Part shown: positions 1 to 9,371 of the stretch, piece after piece | How the letters are laid out: the number at the start of each line of letters is the position of its first letter | Numbering within the stretch: the first letter of the stretch is position 1 | Virus record (IMG/VR): IMGVR_UViG_3300011271_000002 | Span: 40,423-104,422 of that record | Source: a virus | Reading direction: 5' to 3' (one strand) | Length of the DNA stretch: 64,000 nucleotides | Program-made: the position numbers and the translations under genes | Notes under the pieces: model-generated | What the model was told of the DNA's origin: nothing | The model's input: the letters and a program-made list of their open reading frames with translations, nothing else | Databases searched by the model: none

Positions 1-3000
1 AGCCTGAGCGGCTCATCGCCGTCAAGCGATTCGGTTCCCTGGAGATCATCCGTGAACGCACCAATCAAAAGCTGTTTGCGGACGTAGTTGATGGTCGGAA
101 TCGTGATCGTGCTGACCGATTGCGGATCCGGATTATCACCAATCGGGGTGGATGAGAACGGGAACCAACTCGGGCCAACGATAATCGGAACTGAAGTCGC
201 ATCCATCAACAAGGGTTGATCGAAGGTATAGCCGGTGTGACCATTGGCCACCACTTTCGCGGTTGCCCCGCGATTGAAACCAGCCCAAATAAGCCCGAAC
301 AAACCGACCTCGAAATTTATGTTGAGTCCAGCGTGTGGATTCGGGATACCGGTGATCTGGTCGATGTTCTGCGAATTCGACATGCCGGCATCGGTGAAGA
401 CCGTGTTCGAGCCGCTGTTGTCATAGCCCTTGAACGAAACCGCGAACACGTCGCCGATCAGGATGTCGCTGGGTGTGCGATCCAGAGTGAAGGTGCCGGT
501 CGCCGGATCGAACGCCGTGATGCTGTAAGCGCTGAATGGCGCTGCGGCGTTATTCCGCCCCATCAAGATCCAGAAACGCCCCGCCCAATTATCCGTGAGG
601 CTGACATCCACGCAATCCGGAGAAATTATCGTATTACCGACGATGCTGCCAACCGTGGCACCCTCGACGCCGGCATGACCGATTGGCTTGTATTTCAGGA
701 TCACGTCATTGACCTGATCGTCCGGAAGCGCCCAGGTGGACCGTGCCAGAGGCCCAGTCAGCGTAACGGAACCAGGCGTATAGTTGTCGGGCGGCGAAGA
801 TGCCGTCAATGCACCGGTCGCCTGCTCGCAGATCAGATCATTGAAGTAGGAAGCGAAAATAGTGTAGGTCGTTAGCCCGCCAGCGCTGGGCCAGATAATA
901 TCCGCGCCGCCATAAAACACCCCCATGTTGCCCCAAATCGCAATGCCCGAGGCGGTCAACGAGTTCCCCGCCAAGCCCGCAGTGATAGCCGTGCATTGAA
1001 TGCTCACATTGTCCGCGGCCAACGCCGCCGTCGCGCTCCCATTGGCAGTTGTGGCGGCTGCATAGGCGCTACCGGAGCCAGCGCCAAGATTTACGGCCGC
1101 CGCGAAATTGCTAATGCTGGTAGGAAGGTCGACGCCGATCGCCACATTGCCGTCGACATTGGTCAGCGTGGTCTGAAAAGTGTATAGTTTGCCCGCGATC
1201 TGGACCTGATTGCCATCGCCCGGCTGTGCCGCGAACAGGCCAGCAATCGATGCTTGCGCAGGACCGATCACTATTTTGTTAGTGTTAGTCCCAGCCGGAA
1301 TGCTTACGGCAACTATTTTTGATGGTGGAATTTGATTGCGATTGGCGTCCTGAGCGCCGAGCGCGAGCCAGACAGTTGTGCCGCCCTTTAGAAATCCGCC
1401 GGTCGGCAGCACGCTGATGTTGGACAGCATGAGCGACATCGCGACGGTACCTGGAATGAAAGTGGTGCACGGGAATTTGCCGGTCGCGTTAGCGAACGCC
1501 TGGGCGCTTCCATCGGCCAACATCGTGTAGGTTTGCGAGAGATCGAAAGTCCATTCGCTCGGGAAAAGCGCATCGCTCGCCGAGGCCTGCACCTGGAACG
1601 GCGCCCATTGCCCGATCGGAACGATAGCAACGGGACCGCCTTGCGCGATAACCCAAGCGGAAGGAATGCCGGCGGCGTTCACCGAGCGAATCCGGACGGT
1701 GAATTGCTGGCCGGCTGTCAACCCGGGAATTGGGATGCTGGTTATTTTTGGATCTATCTTGCCGAGCGAGATCCAGATACCGGGCGGCGTCGCCAAAAGC
1801 TGATATTGGGGCTCGAGGTGGCCCCCATTGATGACATAGGAATCCGCCGGCGCCGTCCAGGAAAGGATCACATTGCGTTCATGGTCTCCCGTGACGCGTA
1901 CGTTAGTCGGTGGCGCCGGATTTCTTGTATCGGGAGAGATCGCCTGCTGGAAACCGTCTGGGGAAAGCTCCTCTCCGATTACCCAGGCATAGATTGAACT
2001 ATCCGTTTCCTGAACGTCTATTTCGGTTCCGAGCAGCGTGACATCCTGACCCGAATGCCCCGATTGCCGGTCCATCTTGAAGCGAAACGCCTGAATTTCC
2101 AGCGTCTTGGCGGACCATCCAAAATACGGAAAATCCATTGAGATCACGTCTAGCGGCGCGAGCTGGTAACCGGTCATGTTCAACATGAAACTGCCGGTCC
2201 CCATATTCAATCTGCGCAGCAATTCTATCTTGGCGATTCTTTGAGCGGTCGCGGCGGAATTTGTAAACGGAAGTTGAATATCGAGCCAGCGACGGTCGCC
2301 GCCATCGTAATCTAAATTTGCATCGAATGTCGGGCCCGCTCCCCAGGTGTATCCGTGATACGTGTCCTGGGCATACCTGGGAAAGTCAGCAGCCATCCAG
2401 CCGTTCGAAGGACTGATGTAGGTTCCCTTGACGCCGTTGTACCGATTGGATATTGAGACCGTCGGCCGCCAGCGGGGGCCGCCTGTTGAAAGCGAAAGAA
2501 TCTCCGTTGCTAGCGAGGGCGTGCCGCCAACGCCAATAATGGTAGAGACGCCGGCCCAATGCGCCGGCCAAATCACGAATTGTCCGCCCACGTAAGTTAT
2601 GCGGCCGGCGCAAGAGGTCAGCATGTTGTGGAGAATCTCGCCGCGCTTCATGGTCAATTGAAAACCGCCGTTGCAGGTATAGCGTGGTTCGGTTCCGCCA
2701 GTCGCTAGCGGCACAGCCTCATCGCAAATATTGGCGGCGGCGATCAACGGCGCACTCGGGATGTCGGTGCCATAGTTCGCTTTGAATCCCCATTTCTTGT
2801 TCGCCAAATGATCTGCCGTGCATAACGCGGCGTTTTCGCTGTAACCGGAGGTCGAGGTCCTGGGGTCGAAAATGTCGTTTTTGCCGCGGACCAAAAAGCT
2901 AATCTGCGGGAGTCCGTTAGCGAATACTTCGTCGTTGTAGTGAAGGCGCAAAAATACCGCTGTCATCCCAACCAAAGAACAGTTTGCGGTCCATGGGTTC

Positions 3001-3779
3001 GTGTTGTTGTGAACGAGATTGCCGGCGTCGCCGTCATATGGCGTGCCGTTGATCATGCCATTGAAGGTCTGGCCGAGAGTCTGCGAGCCCAGCATGACCT
3101 CCATATAAATTTTGCCGCGATAGTCAACCCAGGCCGTGTGCGTGTCGCCGGTTTCGGAACCAGGGAACGAGGGAATGCTGATCGCCACGCCGCCGGAAAC
3201 GTAGGTGAATGTAACCGTGTTTCCTGGTCCGTGCGTGACCGTTTGCACCATGACCTTGCCGTTGAGTCCGGCGCTGACCGGATGCACGTTCTGGACGATA
3301 ACGGAATCGCCAACGGATAACAGCGGAATGTCCTTGCTCACGTGAACCGTAACGATGTTCCCAACCCTGGCGATGCTGCTATTCGAAGGATCTTGCTGCA
3401 CCGGACTGAAACTCGTGTTGTTGCGGCCAATTTGAACCTTCTGCTGATCGAAGAGTAGCCAATCGACTGCCTGACACGGATGGCAGGCGAGGACAATTAC
3501 AAGATCGCGGTACTTATCGTTGTCGCCGAAAGAATTGTCATAAACCAGCGTGCCGCCCTCGCGTTTGCGGCCATAGATTACGTTCCACGGCGCAATCGGA
3601 TTGCGTTCGGTGGTGGCAAACCCCTGGAGCGGCCCTTTCTGAAATATGGTGCCGAGTGCGCTGAGGACGAGGCCCGCCGCGGAACTGATGAGAAATTCCG
3701 AGAGCCCAATGATGGCCGCCCCAACACCTGGCGTGGGCGCATAAGCTCCGGCGATTTTTCCAAATATGCCCTTGGACAA
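1..3779 (-). CDS. Tail tip / host-specificity protein (lambda J-like), 3' end runs off the window
   Basis: Missing from the ORF track because no stop falls inside the window. TTG start at 3779, next to the stop of the NlpC-like gene. Translates (M)SKGIFGKIAGAYAP...ERNPIAPWNVIYGRKREGGTLVY...LVIVLACHPCQ, and the frame is still open at base 3 (...DDLQGTESLDGDEPLR). Canonical position after TMP-Dit-hub-NlpC. Confidence 0.85.
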   Translation of the reverse strand, partial: MSKGIFGKIAGAYAPTPGVGAAIIGLSEFLISSAAGLVLSALGTIFQKGPLQGFATTERNPIAPWNVIYGRKREGGTLVYDNSFGDNDKYRDLVIVLACHPCQAVDWLLFDQQKVQIGRNNTSFSPVQQDPSNSSIARVGNIVTVHVSKDIPLLSVGDSVIVQNVHPVSAGLNGKVMVQTVTHGPGNTVTFTYVSGGVAISIPSFPGSETGDTHTAWVDYRGKIYMEVMLGSQTLGQTFNGMINGTPYDGDAGNLVHNNTNPWTANCSLVGMTAVFLRLHYNDEVFANGLPQISFLVRGKNDIFDPRTSTSGYSENAALCTADHLANKKWGFKANYGTDIPSAPLIAAANICDEAVPLATGGTEPRYTCNGGFQLTMKRGEILHNMLTSCAGRITYVGGQFVIWPAHWAGVSTIIGVGGTPSLATEILSLSTGGPRWRPTVSISNRYNGVKGTYISPSNGWMAADFPRYAQDTYHGYTWGAGPTFDANLDYDGGDRRWLDIQLPFTNSAATAQRIAKIELLRRLNMGTGSFMLNMTGYQLAPLDVISMDFPYFGWSAKTLEIQAFRFKMDRQSGHSGQDVTLLGTEIDVQETDSSIYAWVIGEELSPDGFQQAISPDTRNPAPPTNVRVTGDHERNVILSWTAPADSYVINGGHLEPQYQLLATPPGIWISLGKIDPKITSIPIPGLTAGQQFTVRIRSVNAAGIPSAWVIAQGGPVAIVPIGQWAPFQVQASASDALFPSEWTFDLSQTYTMLADGSAQAFANATGKFPCTTFIPGTVAMSLMLSNISVLPTGGFLKGGTTVWLALGAQDANRNQIPPSKIVAVSIPAGTNTNKIVIGPAQASIAGLFAAQPGDGNQVQIAGKLYTFQTTLTNVDGNVAIGVDLPTSISNFAAAVNLGAGSGSAYAAATTANGSATAALAADNVSIQCTAITAGLAGNSLTASGIAIWGNMGVFYGGADIIWPSAGGLTTYTIFASYFNDLICEQATGALTASSPPDNYTPGSVTLTGPLARSTWALPDDQVNDVILKYKPIGHAGVEGATVGSIVGNTIISPDCVDVSLTDNWAGRFWILMGRNNAAAPFSAYSITAFDPATGTFTLDRTPSDILIGDVFAVSFKGYDNSGSNTVFTDAGMSNSQNIDQITGIPNPHAGLNINFEVGLFGLIWAGFNRGATAKVVANGHTGYTFDQPLLMDATSVPIIVGPSWFPFSSTPIGDNPDPQSVSTITIPTINYVRKQLLIGAFTDDLQGTESLDGDEPLR

Positions 3780-3780
3780 T

Positions 3781-4212
3781 CTATACCCGCCACGCCGTCA
3801 CCGCAAAACTGAGCGGAATGCGCAGCAATTCCTTTTTGCCGGGGATGACGATCTGGGCGCCGTTCAAGGCCAATATCCCAATGGAATAATCTCTTGGTCT
3901 TTTTACGACGATCATGTCGCCGCGTCTGGCCAGCCCCGGCGCGGCCTGCTCCATCGAATGTTCCTGAGCTAGCTTTTCCGCAATCCTGGCGACGGATCGG
4001 TGTCCGCAGTATTCCCGAATTCGGCGAATCGCCGTGTTTGCCGAATCGTATCGCCCGCGGAATTTAGTCGCTACATCAACACCCGTCATCACCTGGATTG
4101 CGTCGGCCGCAAACAGACAGCAGTCCCAGCGCCCATACAGAAACGCGCGCTCGCGATTCGCCAAGAAGAAATTGTCCAATAGCGATTCCCAGTTTACAAA
4201 TCGTGTCAGCAT
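3781..4212 (-). CDS. NlpC/P60-like tail assembly protein
   Basis: YGRWDCCLFAADAIQVMTGVD and ARRGD motifs; sits just upstream of the tail tip gene. Confidence 0.8.
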   Translation of the reverse strand: MLTRFVNWESLLDNFFLANRERAFLYGRWDCCLFAADAIQVMTGVDVATKFRGRYDSANTAIRRIREYCGHRSVARIAEKLAQEHSMEQAAPGLARRGDMIVVKRPRDYSIGILALNGAQIVIPGKKELLRIPLSFAVTAWRV

Positions 4213-4213
4213 C

Positions 4214-4795
4214 TCAAATGTTGGTGCTCGAGGACGGAACGCGGCCCCATGGCACGGTGATTTCCTGAATGGAGATCACAAAGAAGAAGCCGCGATCTCC
4301 AGGAGAATCAATTTGCTGATCGTCCTGAGTGTAGCGGCGATCGACCGCCACGTTCATATCGAGCAATCTGTTTTCGCAGTTGATCGAAATCGTCGCAGTA
4401 TCGGCTCCCACTTCAATCGTCGGCTGATCCATCCGCCCGCTCCAGGAAGTGAATGGCGTTGCAATAAGAGTTCCGGAGTTGTCGAACAATCCGAGATAGA
4501 GCAACACTGGTAGGCCCAGTTGTAGATTCTGAAGCGCCTCGGCCAGCATCGCGGGGTCAATGCCGCTGAGCGTTAAGGTGATGCCCTTTGCCTCCACGGT
4601 GTCGCCTTCCTCGATAATGGAGCAGCCGCCGTAGGTCCCGATACCGATCCAACTATGCGTATTCCACACCGTCGTGCCCACGCCGCTCCACACATAGACG
4701 ATTCCATCCGCGAAATGAAGCTCGACAAATATGGCGGGCCTCATCTCGGTCGCCTGCACCGCAGCCAACATCCCACTAGTTAATGAGCGCGGCAC
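4214..4795 (-). CDS. Minor tail / baseplate hub protein
   Basis: WSGRMDQ, INCENRL and RRYT..DQQ..SPGDRGFFFV pattern typical of siphovirus hub proteins; synteny. Confidence 0.75.
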   Translation of the reverse strand: MPRSLTSGMLAAVQATEMRPAIFVELHFADGIVYVWSGVGTTVWNTHSWIGIGTYGGCSIIEEGDTVEAKGITLTLSGIDPAMLAEALQNLQLGLPVLLYLGLFDNSGTLIATPFTSWSGRMDQPTIEVGADTATISINCENRLLDMNVAVDRRYTQDDQQIDSPGDRGFFFVISIQEITVPWGRVPSSSTNI

Positions 4796-5182
4796 TTACT
4801 TGGCCTCGCGGATTTCGAACTGAACCCCGAACACTCGCATCTCAGAGATCGACCATTTTCGCGTGTTGGTTTTCAATCGCCAATAGCGCGAGCCGATACT
4901 GGAAGCATATTGGGTGGCGAAAGCTGACCCGAATTGGAAGACGTTGGCCATACCGTTCAATGCCCGCAGGAAGGTGATCCAGGCTTCCGACTGTGTTTGC
5001 GTTAACGGCGGATAGGCTACGATCGCTTCCTCGGGAAGCGGGCCCCAATTCTGGGTTTGCTGCTGGCCGGTGAACAGACTGATGTTGATCGCTACCGCAT
5101 CGTCAATAATGAATTCGATGGATGCTGGGGCCGGCGGATTCGTCGGTATCGTGATGACGTTCCAGCCGAGATAGGTTGGCAT
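4796..5182 (-). CDS. Distal tail (Dit-like) protein
   Basis: SLFTGQQQTQ.W, AWITFLRALNG and C-terminal FEIREA; position after the tape measure gene. Confidence 0.65.
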   Translation of the reverse strand: MPTYLGWNVITIPTNPPAPASIEFIIDDAVAINISLFTGQQQTQNWGPLPEEAIVAYPPLTQTQSEAWITFLRALNGMANVFQFGSAFATQYASSIGSRYWRLKTNTRKWSISEMRVFGVQFEIREAK

Positions 5183-5219
5183 GGCTTAAAGGATAGTTTG
5201 ACACAAGCTTCGGCGAGAG

Positions 5220-5534
5220 TTGCGTGATTGGTATTCTGTTGAAATGAACAGAAGGTTGTTTTTTAGTCGATTCCTGGCAGCCATCATCAGTCTGAAATCG
5301 CTCTACGGCGTGGGTAGTTTATCAAATCGCGAGAAGATCGCGGCATCGTTAAAAATGTGGGGGCATGTAAAGTTAAGCGATCTCGGGAAGGTAGAGTCGC
5401 GCACCTTTTCGAAACAAGAAATATTTATCCCTGCGCATTGGGGCGATCCGGCTTTGACGAAAAGGCGAGTCGTAATGGGTCTTCTGTCGGCGCATCGTTT
5501 CGATCAAGGAAGATTAGATTGGCGTTTCTTATAG
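5220..5534 (+). CDS. Hypothetical protein in the tail moron (opposite strand; start may be ATG 5244)
   Basis: ORF fills the gap and converges tail-to-tail on 5535..5855. Confidence 0.4.
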   Translation: MRDWYSVEMNRRLFFSRFLAAIISLKSLYGVGSLSNREKIAASLKMWGHVKLSDLGKVESRTFSKQEIFIPAHWGDPALTKRRVVMGLLSAHRFDQGRLDWRFL

Positions 5535-5855
5535 TCAGAACCATCTTCTCCGACGCGGAGCCTGATTCATCACCGGGCGGGGCAACAGCAACTTGTAAAT
5601 GAATTGCGCCTGCTCTGGCGTAAACGCGGCCTTTCTGGCCTCAACAAAGAACTGCTCTTTAGCGTTTTCTTCCGCAAATAACTTAGCAGCGCCTGGACCG
5701 ATAAAATCGGGATGCTGGCGCGGCAACAATGCTCGCCACAAAACTTCCACGGACACATCTCGCTCGCGATGCAATTCTCGAAAGAACTCCAGCCAAGCTC
5801 GCGATTGCTCTTCAGTCAGCGGCGGGAAATAGACGGGCATGCCGAAAACGGTCAT
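5535..5855 (-). CDS. Hypothetical protein (moron)
   Basis: 106-aa ORF in a coupled run of small genes. Confidence 0.55.
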   Translation of the reverse strand: MTVFGMPVYFPPLTEEQSRAWLEFFRELHRERDVSVEVLWRALLPRQHPDFIGPGAAKLFAEENAKEQFFVEARKAAFTPEQAQFIYKLLLPRPVMNQAPRRRRWF

Positions 5856-5937
5856 ATGGTGATCACGGCTCTGAATCCATTGACTGTAGCGCCCAGCGAG
5901 GCATCTTCTGCTTCCTGGCCGACGAAATATTTATCGC

Positions 5938-6225
5938 TCATATAACAATCCAGTCCCCGAGAGGACGGCCTTCGCGTGGGCTGGGGCCATAGCGATCCTC
6001 GCCAAAAACAGTATTGATCCGTTCATTAGGAAACGCCGCGTGTGTCTTCGCGATAGCCTCCTCTGTTGTATTGGCTATAACAACACAGGAAGTAACGCGC
6101 GGCTTCCCCTTTTTCCTGATCAGCGGAATCTGGTCCCCGGTGGCGGCGTATTCGTATAGACTTTCAAAATACACCTTCCAGATACGCCCCCTGTACTTTA
6201 CGGTTTTCGTTCGTTGCTTTTTCAT
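5938..6225 (-). CDS. Hypothetical protein (moron)
   Basis: ATGA overlap with the upstream RHH gene; GGGAG SD. Confidence 0.6.
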   Translation of the reverse strand: MKKQRTKTVKYRGRIWKVYFESLYEYAATGDQIPLIRKKGKPRVTSCVVIANTTEEAIAKTHAAFPNERINTVFGEDRYGPSPREGRPLGDWIVI

Positions 6226-6365
6226 GAGACTCCCTGTTTCTTGGCCATTTCCCGCACAGCCATTTCCATCACGGCGGTCTGCGTGACCCCGAGATTAGCA
6301 GCAAGCTTCACGAGCAGGCGTTTCCCTATCGCGCTGAATCGGATTGCTGTTTGTGTTTTAGCCAC
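6222..6365 (-). CDS. Ribbon-helix-helix (CopG/Arc-like) protein, 47 aa
   Basis: Below the ORF-track cutoff. GTG start, MAKTQTAIRFSAIGKRLLVKLAANLGVTQTAVMEMAVREMAKKQGVS*; alternating strand then helix-G-x-T-helix pattern. Confidence 0.7.
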   Translation of the reverse strand: MAKTQTAIRFSAIGKRLLVKLAANLGVTQTAVMEMAVREMAKKQGVS

Positions 6366-6372
6366 AGCCGGA

Positions 6373-6402
6373 AGTGTATAACGATTGGCTACGCGATGTC
6401 AA
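6373..6402 (-). promoter_or_regulatory. Sigma70-type promoter, probably leaderless transcript
   Basis: TTGACA-N18-TACACT-N7-GTG. Confidence 0.65.
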
Positions 6403-6419
6403 GCTAGCAAGATTGGGGC

Positions 6420-9371
6420 TTAATTTCCGGCAGAGGACAGCGTTCCATAGGGGACGCGTCGAAGGCGATCGGCATTCACGCGTACGGCGGTGCCAACGGC
6501 ATCACGATGCGCCGCGAGTATACCCATCCTCGTTCGTTGCTCGGTGAGCACGGGATCCGTCCCGCGCGCATCGATTGCATAGTATGCATTCGGCCCGCCA
6601 CCGCCGAATGCCCGGCGCGCGGACGCATTGCTCATGATCGTACCTGGGCTATTTGGGAAAAACGGCTCGGCACCGCGCTCTCCGACCAAATAGGCCGACC
6701 CAGGCGAGACTGGACCGCCGCTAGCATGCGGTATCAGCGAGCTCGCCAACAGACTGAAAATCCCACCTCCCTTGTCGCCCTCACCGAATAGTCCCCCAAT
6801 GCTCTTGCCGAGTCCGTCTCTCGCGCCGCCGAGTCCGAGTGAATCGGCTAGCTTCATATAGCCCGGATTGGTTTTTGTGAAATCCGGCTTGCCGCCGCCG
6901 ATGAGATCCGTTAGCCCGCTGAGCTTAGGAAATGCCTTGCCAAGCGCGCCAAGGCCTTTTTGGGCCATGCCCTTGATCTGGCCCTCGACTACATGGCCGC
7001 CAATGTCCTGGAAGACTTTGCTGAAAGACGTTTTCTGGAAGGTCGCCAACTTGGCCAGCTCGCCGGTGACGCGATCAAAGCCCATGTGAAACGCTTCGTA
7101 AATGCTTTCGGCGGCCGATTTACCATCCCGTTGCATGTCCAAGAAAAAGGCCCGGACGCCATCTCGCATGCCACGCATGGCGAGCGATTGTTCCGCGAGA
7201 ATTCGGAGTTGATCGTTGCGGAGATTGCGTAGCGAAAGTTCGATTTCGAAATTCGTGTGCCCGCTGGCAATGATCAGCTCGAGTGTGGTGATCTGCTGAT
7301 TCAGCGCTTCCAACTGATTTTTGTAGATTAGACCGGTGCGCATGGCCTCGGCGGTGATCTGCCGTTGATGTTCCAATCGGGCCTCGCCGGCCTCCGCCAC
7401 AGCCTCTTGCGTCAATCCGCCGGCACCAGGAATCGGAGTGCCACCACTTCTCACGGATTCGATAGCTCTATTTTTTAATGCCGCGCGCCGTTCCGCCTCG
7501 GCGCCTTCCGTGATGGCCGCAGTGAGTCGCTTCGTGGCGGCGATTCTTTCGTTGATGCGTGTCATCGCAGCCGCGGATTGATTGATCCCTCTCGCCTTGA
7601 ATAAATCAAGCTCGGCCTTAATCTGCTCCTTTGTGGCACCGTCCTCTTGCATCTTGGCGAGTTTGACTTGAAGGGTCGCCAAGCGCACCGCTTCCGCTCC
7701 CTGACTTTGGACTTGCGCCAAGCGGTTTTCCAGAGTGATTTCGTCCATCAATTTATCGGAAGCGTTCTTTGCCTGCTCGAGATGCTTCGCTTCATACTCT
7801 GCGGCGTATTTGGATCGCACTGCCGTCACCTCATTCAGGTGGGTGAGCATAAATATTTCATCGTTGTATTTCTCAGCGCCCACGGCCGCGGCCACGCGGG
7901 TTTCCACGTTCGCCTTTTTGATGGCCTCGTATCCTTTCCCGATCGCGGCGGTCAAGGTCTCCTGGGATCGAACGCTATTCCTGATCTGCGCCGTGGTCTG
8001 GGCCAGTTTCGTCTTCCACTTTTCCTCTTCGCCAGTGGTCACGATCTGAAGCTCAATAGCTTTGATGGAATCCTTCTGCGAGGTGCTCAGTTGCGTGTGC
8101 CGACGTTCTAAGGCCTTGTTCACCTCCTCGATAATTTTCAGCGACTCCCCATAAGCTGCGGCAACCGCTTTTTCTGCCTCGCTGAGTCCGGCAGCGTCCA
8201 CCTTCGCCTTTGCCGCCGCTAGTTCCGCCGCCAATTTTTTCATGCGGTCCTGGAACGGGCGATCCAGTTTGGCGTTTTCGGCATCGCTCGTAAGTTTTTC
8301 CTTTTTTGCGGCCAGATCCTCTTCGGCGAACTTTTTAGGAACATACCGGGCTTGTTCGGCCACATAGCGACGGGCTTCCTTCAACTCCTCCAATTCCACG
8401 GTGTTTTCAGTGGTAGCAGCGTGCCCTACGAGGCTTGGCACTCCTTGTGGATTTACCAGCGTACGGGATTTTGGACTAGTCTCGTATCGTAAAGTGTTCT
8501 TTCTGGCTTCTTCCGCATCGGCGATGCGTTTATCCAGGATTGCCAACTTAGCATCGAAGAAGTCTTTCAACTCACTTTTTGTCTTTTCGCGCGCGGCCGC
8601 TATTGCTGCGGTTTGGAGTTTGGGATCTTTAATCGTTCCAGCAGCTTCTATTTTGGCCCGCCCTTGGTCGGTGATAACATCCATTTCGGCCTTCATGCCG
8701 CCACCGCCAGCTTTACCACCGATAAACTCGCGGATGTATTTCGTGCCGGTCTCGCCGAGCAATCGCCGCATGATGCCGACGTCTGATTCCTTGAGTAGTT
8801 TGTAAAGCGCGGAGAGGTCTCTGTCCAGAGCCATCGCTAGATTGTCGGCCGCAGCGCGGGCTTCATCCAACGCTAGTTTCAGCGTGTTCTGTCTTCGCCC
8901 TTCCAATTTGGCGATCTGGTTTTCGAGGCGATCATTCGTCACGTCGAGTTGATCGTTTGTCAATTTTAGCGGAGCATTCAACTCTCGAAACATCAGATTC
9001 ACTTTTTCAGGGGCGTTCTGTATGGTTTTGAAAAATTCGTAAACTTTTTCTCCAATGCCGACGATCAAGCCTGAAAAGGCAACCGCGCCAACGATGGGAA
9101 AGGCAGCCTGCAACACCGGGCTCAGCCCCAGCGTTGTGGACATGAAGCGCTCTACCGCCCGCACGTTGTGGGTGAGATTGCCCTCCATCGTACGGATCGC
9201 GCCGCTCGCCGCCATCATACTCGATGCGGTGTGGCCGCCGAACTCCCGCATGGCCTGCGATCCGGAGGAGCCGAATTTCTTTACACGAACCTCGGCTTGA
9301 TTGATATCGCTGGTGAAGCGGCTGGTGCCTGCGGCGAGATCGATGACCACGGTTCCAATTCTTTTTGGCAC
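6420..9371 (-). CDS. Tail tape measure protein (983 aa)
   Basis: N-terminal IGTVVIDLAAGTSRF, long Ala/Glu/Lys-rich helical body, C-terminal HASGGPVSPGSAYLVGERGAEPFFP motif. Confidence 0.93.
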   Translation of the reverse strand: MPKRIGTVVIDLAAGTSRFTSDINQAEVRVKKFGSSGSQAMREFGGHTASSMMAASGAIRTMEGNLTHNVRAVERFMSTTLGLSPVLQAAFPIVGAVAFSGLIVGIGEKVYEFFKTIQNAPEKVNLMFRELNAPLKLTNDQLDVTNDRLENQIAKLEGRRQNTLKLALDEARAAADNLAMALDRDLSALYKLLKESDVGIMRRLLGETGTKYIREFIGGKAGGGGMKAEMDVITDQGRAKIEAAGTIKDPKLQTAAIAAAREKTKSELKDFFDAKLAILDKRIADAEEARKNTLRYETSPKSRTLVNPQGVPSLVGHAATTENTVELEELKEARRYVAEQARYVPKKFAEEDLAAKKEKLTSDAENAKLDRPFQDRMKKLAAELAAAKAKVDAAGLSEAEKAVAAAYGESLKIIEEVNKALERRHTQLSTSQKDSIKAIELQIVTTGEEEKWKTKLAQTTAQIRNSVRSQETLTAAIGKGYEAIKKANVETRVAAAVGAEKYNDEIFMLTHLNEVTAVRSKYAAEYEAKHLEQAKNASDKLMDEITLENRLAQVQSQGAEAVRLATLQVKLAKMQEDGATKEQIKAELDLFKARGINQSAAAMTRINERIAATKRLTAAITEGAEAERRAALKNRAIESVRSGGTPIPGAGGLTQEAVAEAGEARLEHQRQITAEAMRTGLIYKNQLEALNQQITTLELIIASGHTNFEIELSLRNLRNDQLRILAEQSLAMRGMRDGVRAFFLDMQRDGKSAAESIYEAFHMGFDRVTGELAKLATFQKTSFSKVFQDIGGHVVEGQIKGMAQKGLGALGKAFPKLSGLTDLIGGGKPDFTKTNPGYMKLADSLGLGGARDGLGKSIGGLFGEGDKGGGIFSLLASSLIPHASGGPVSPGSAYLVGERGAEPFFPNSPGTIMSNASARRAFGGGGPNAYYAIDARGTDPVLTEQRTRMGILAAHRDAVGTAVRVNADRLRRVPYGTLSSAGN

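Noticed and set aside
216-3972. Many plus-strand ORFs over the first 4 kb
   Set aside because: They are antisense shadows of the long minus-strand tail tip gene, which the ORF track missed because it runs off the window.
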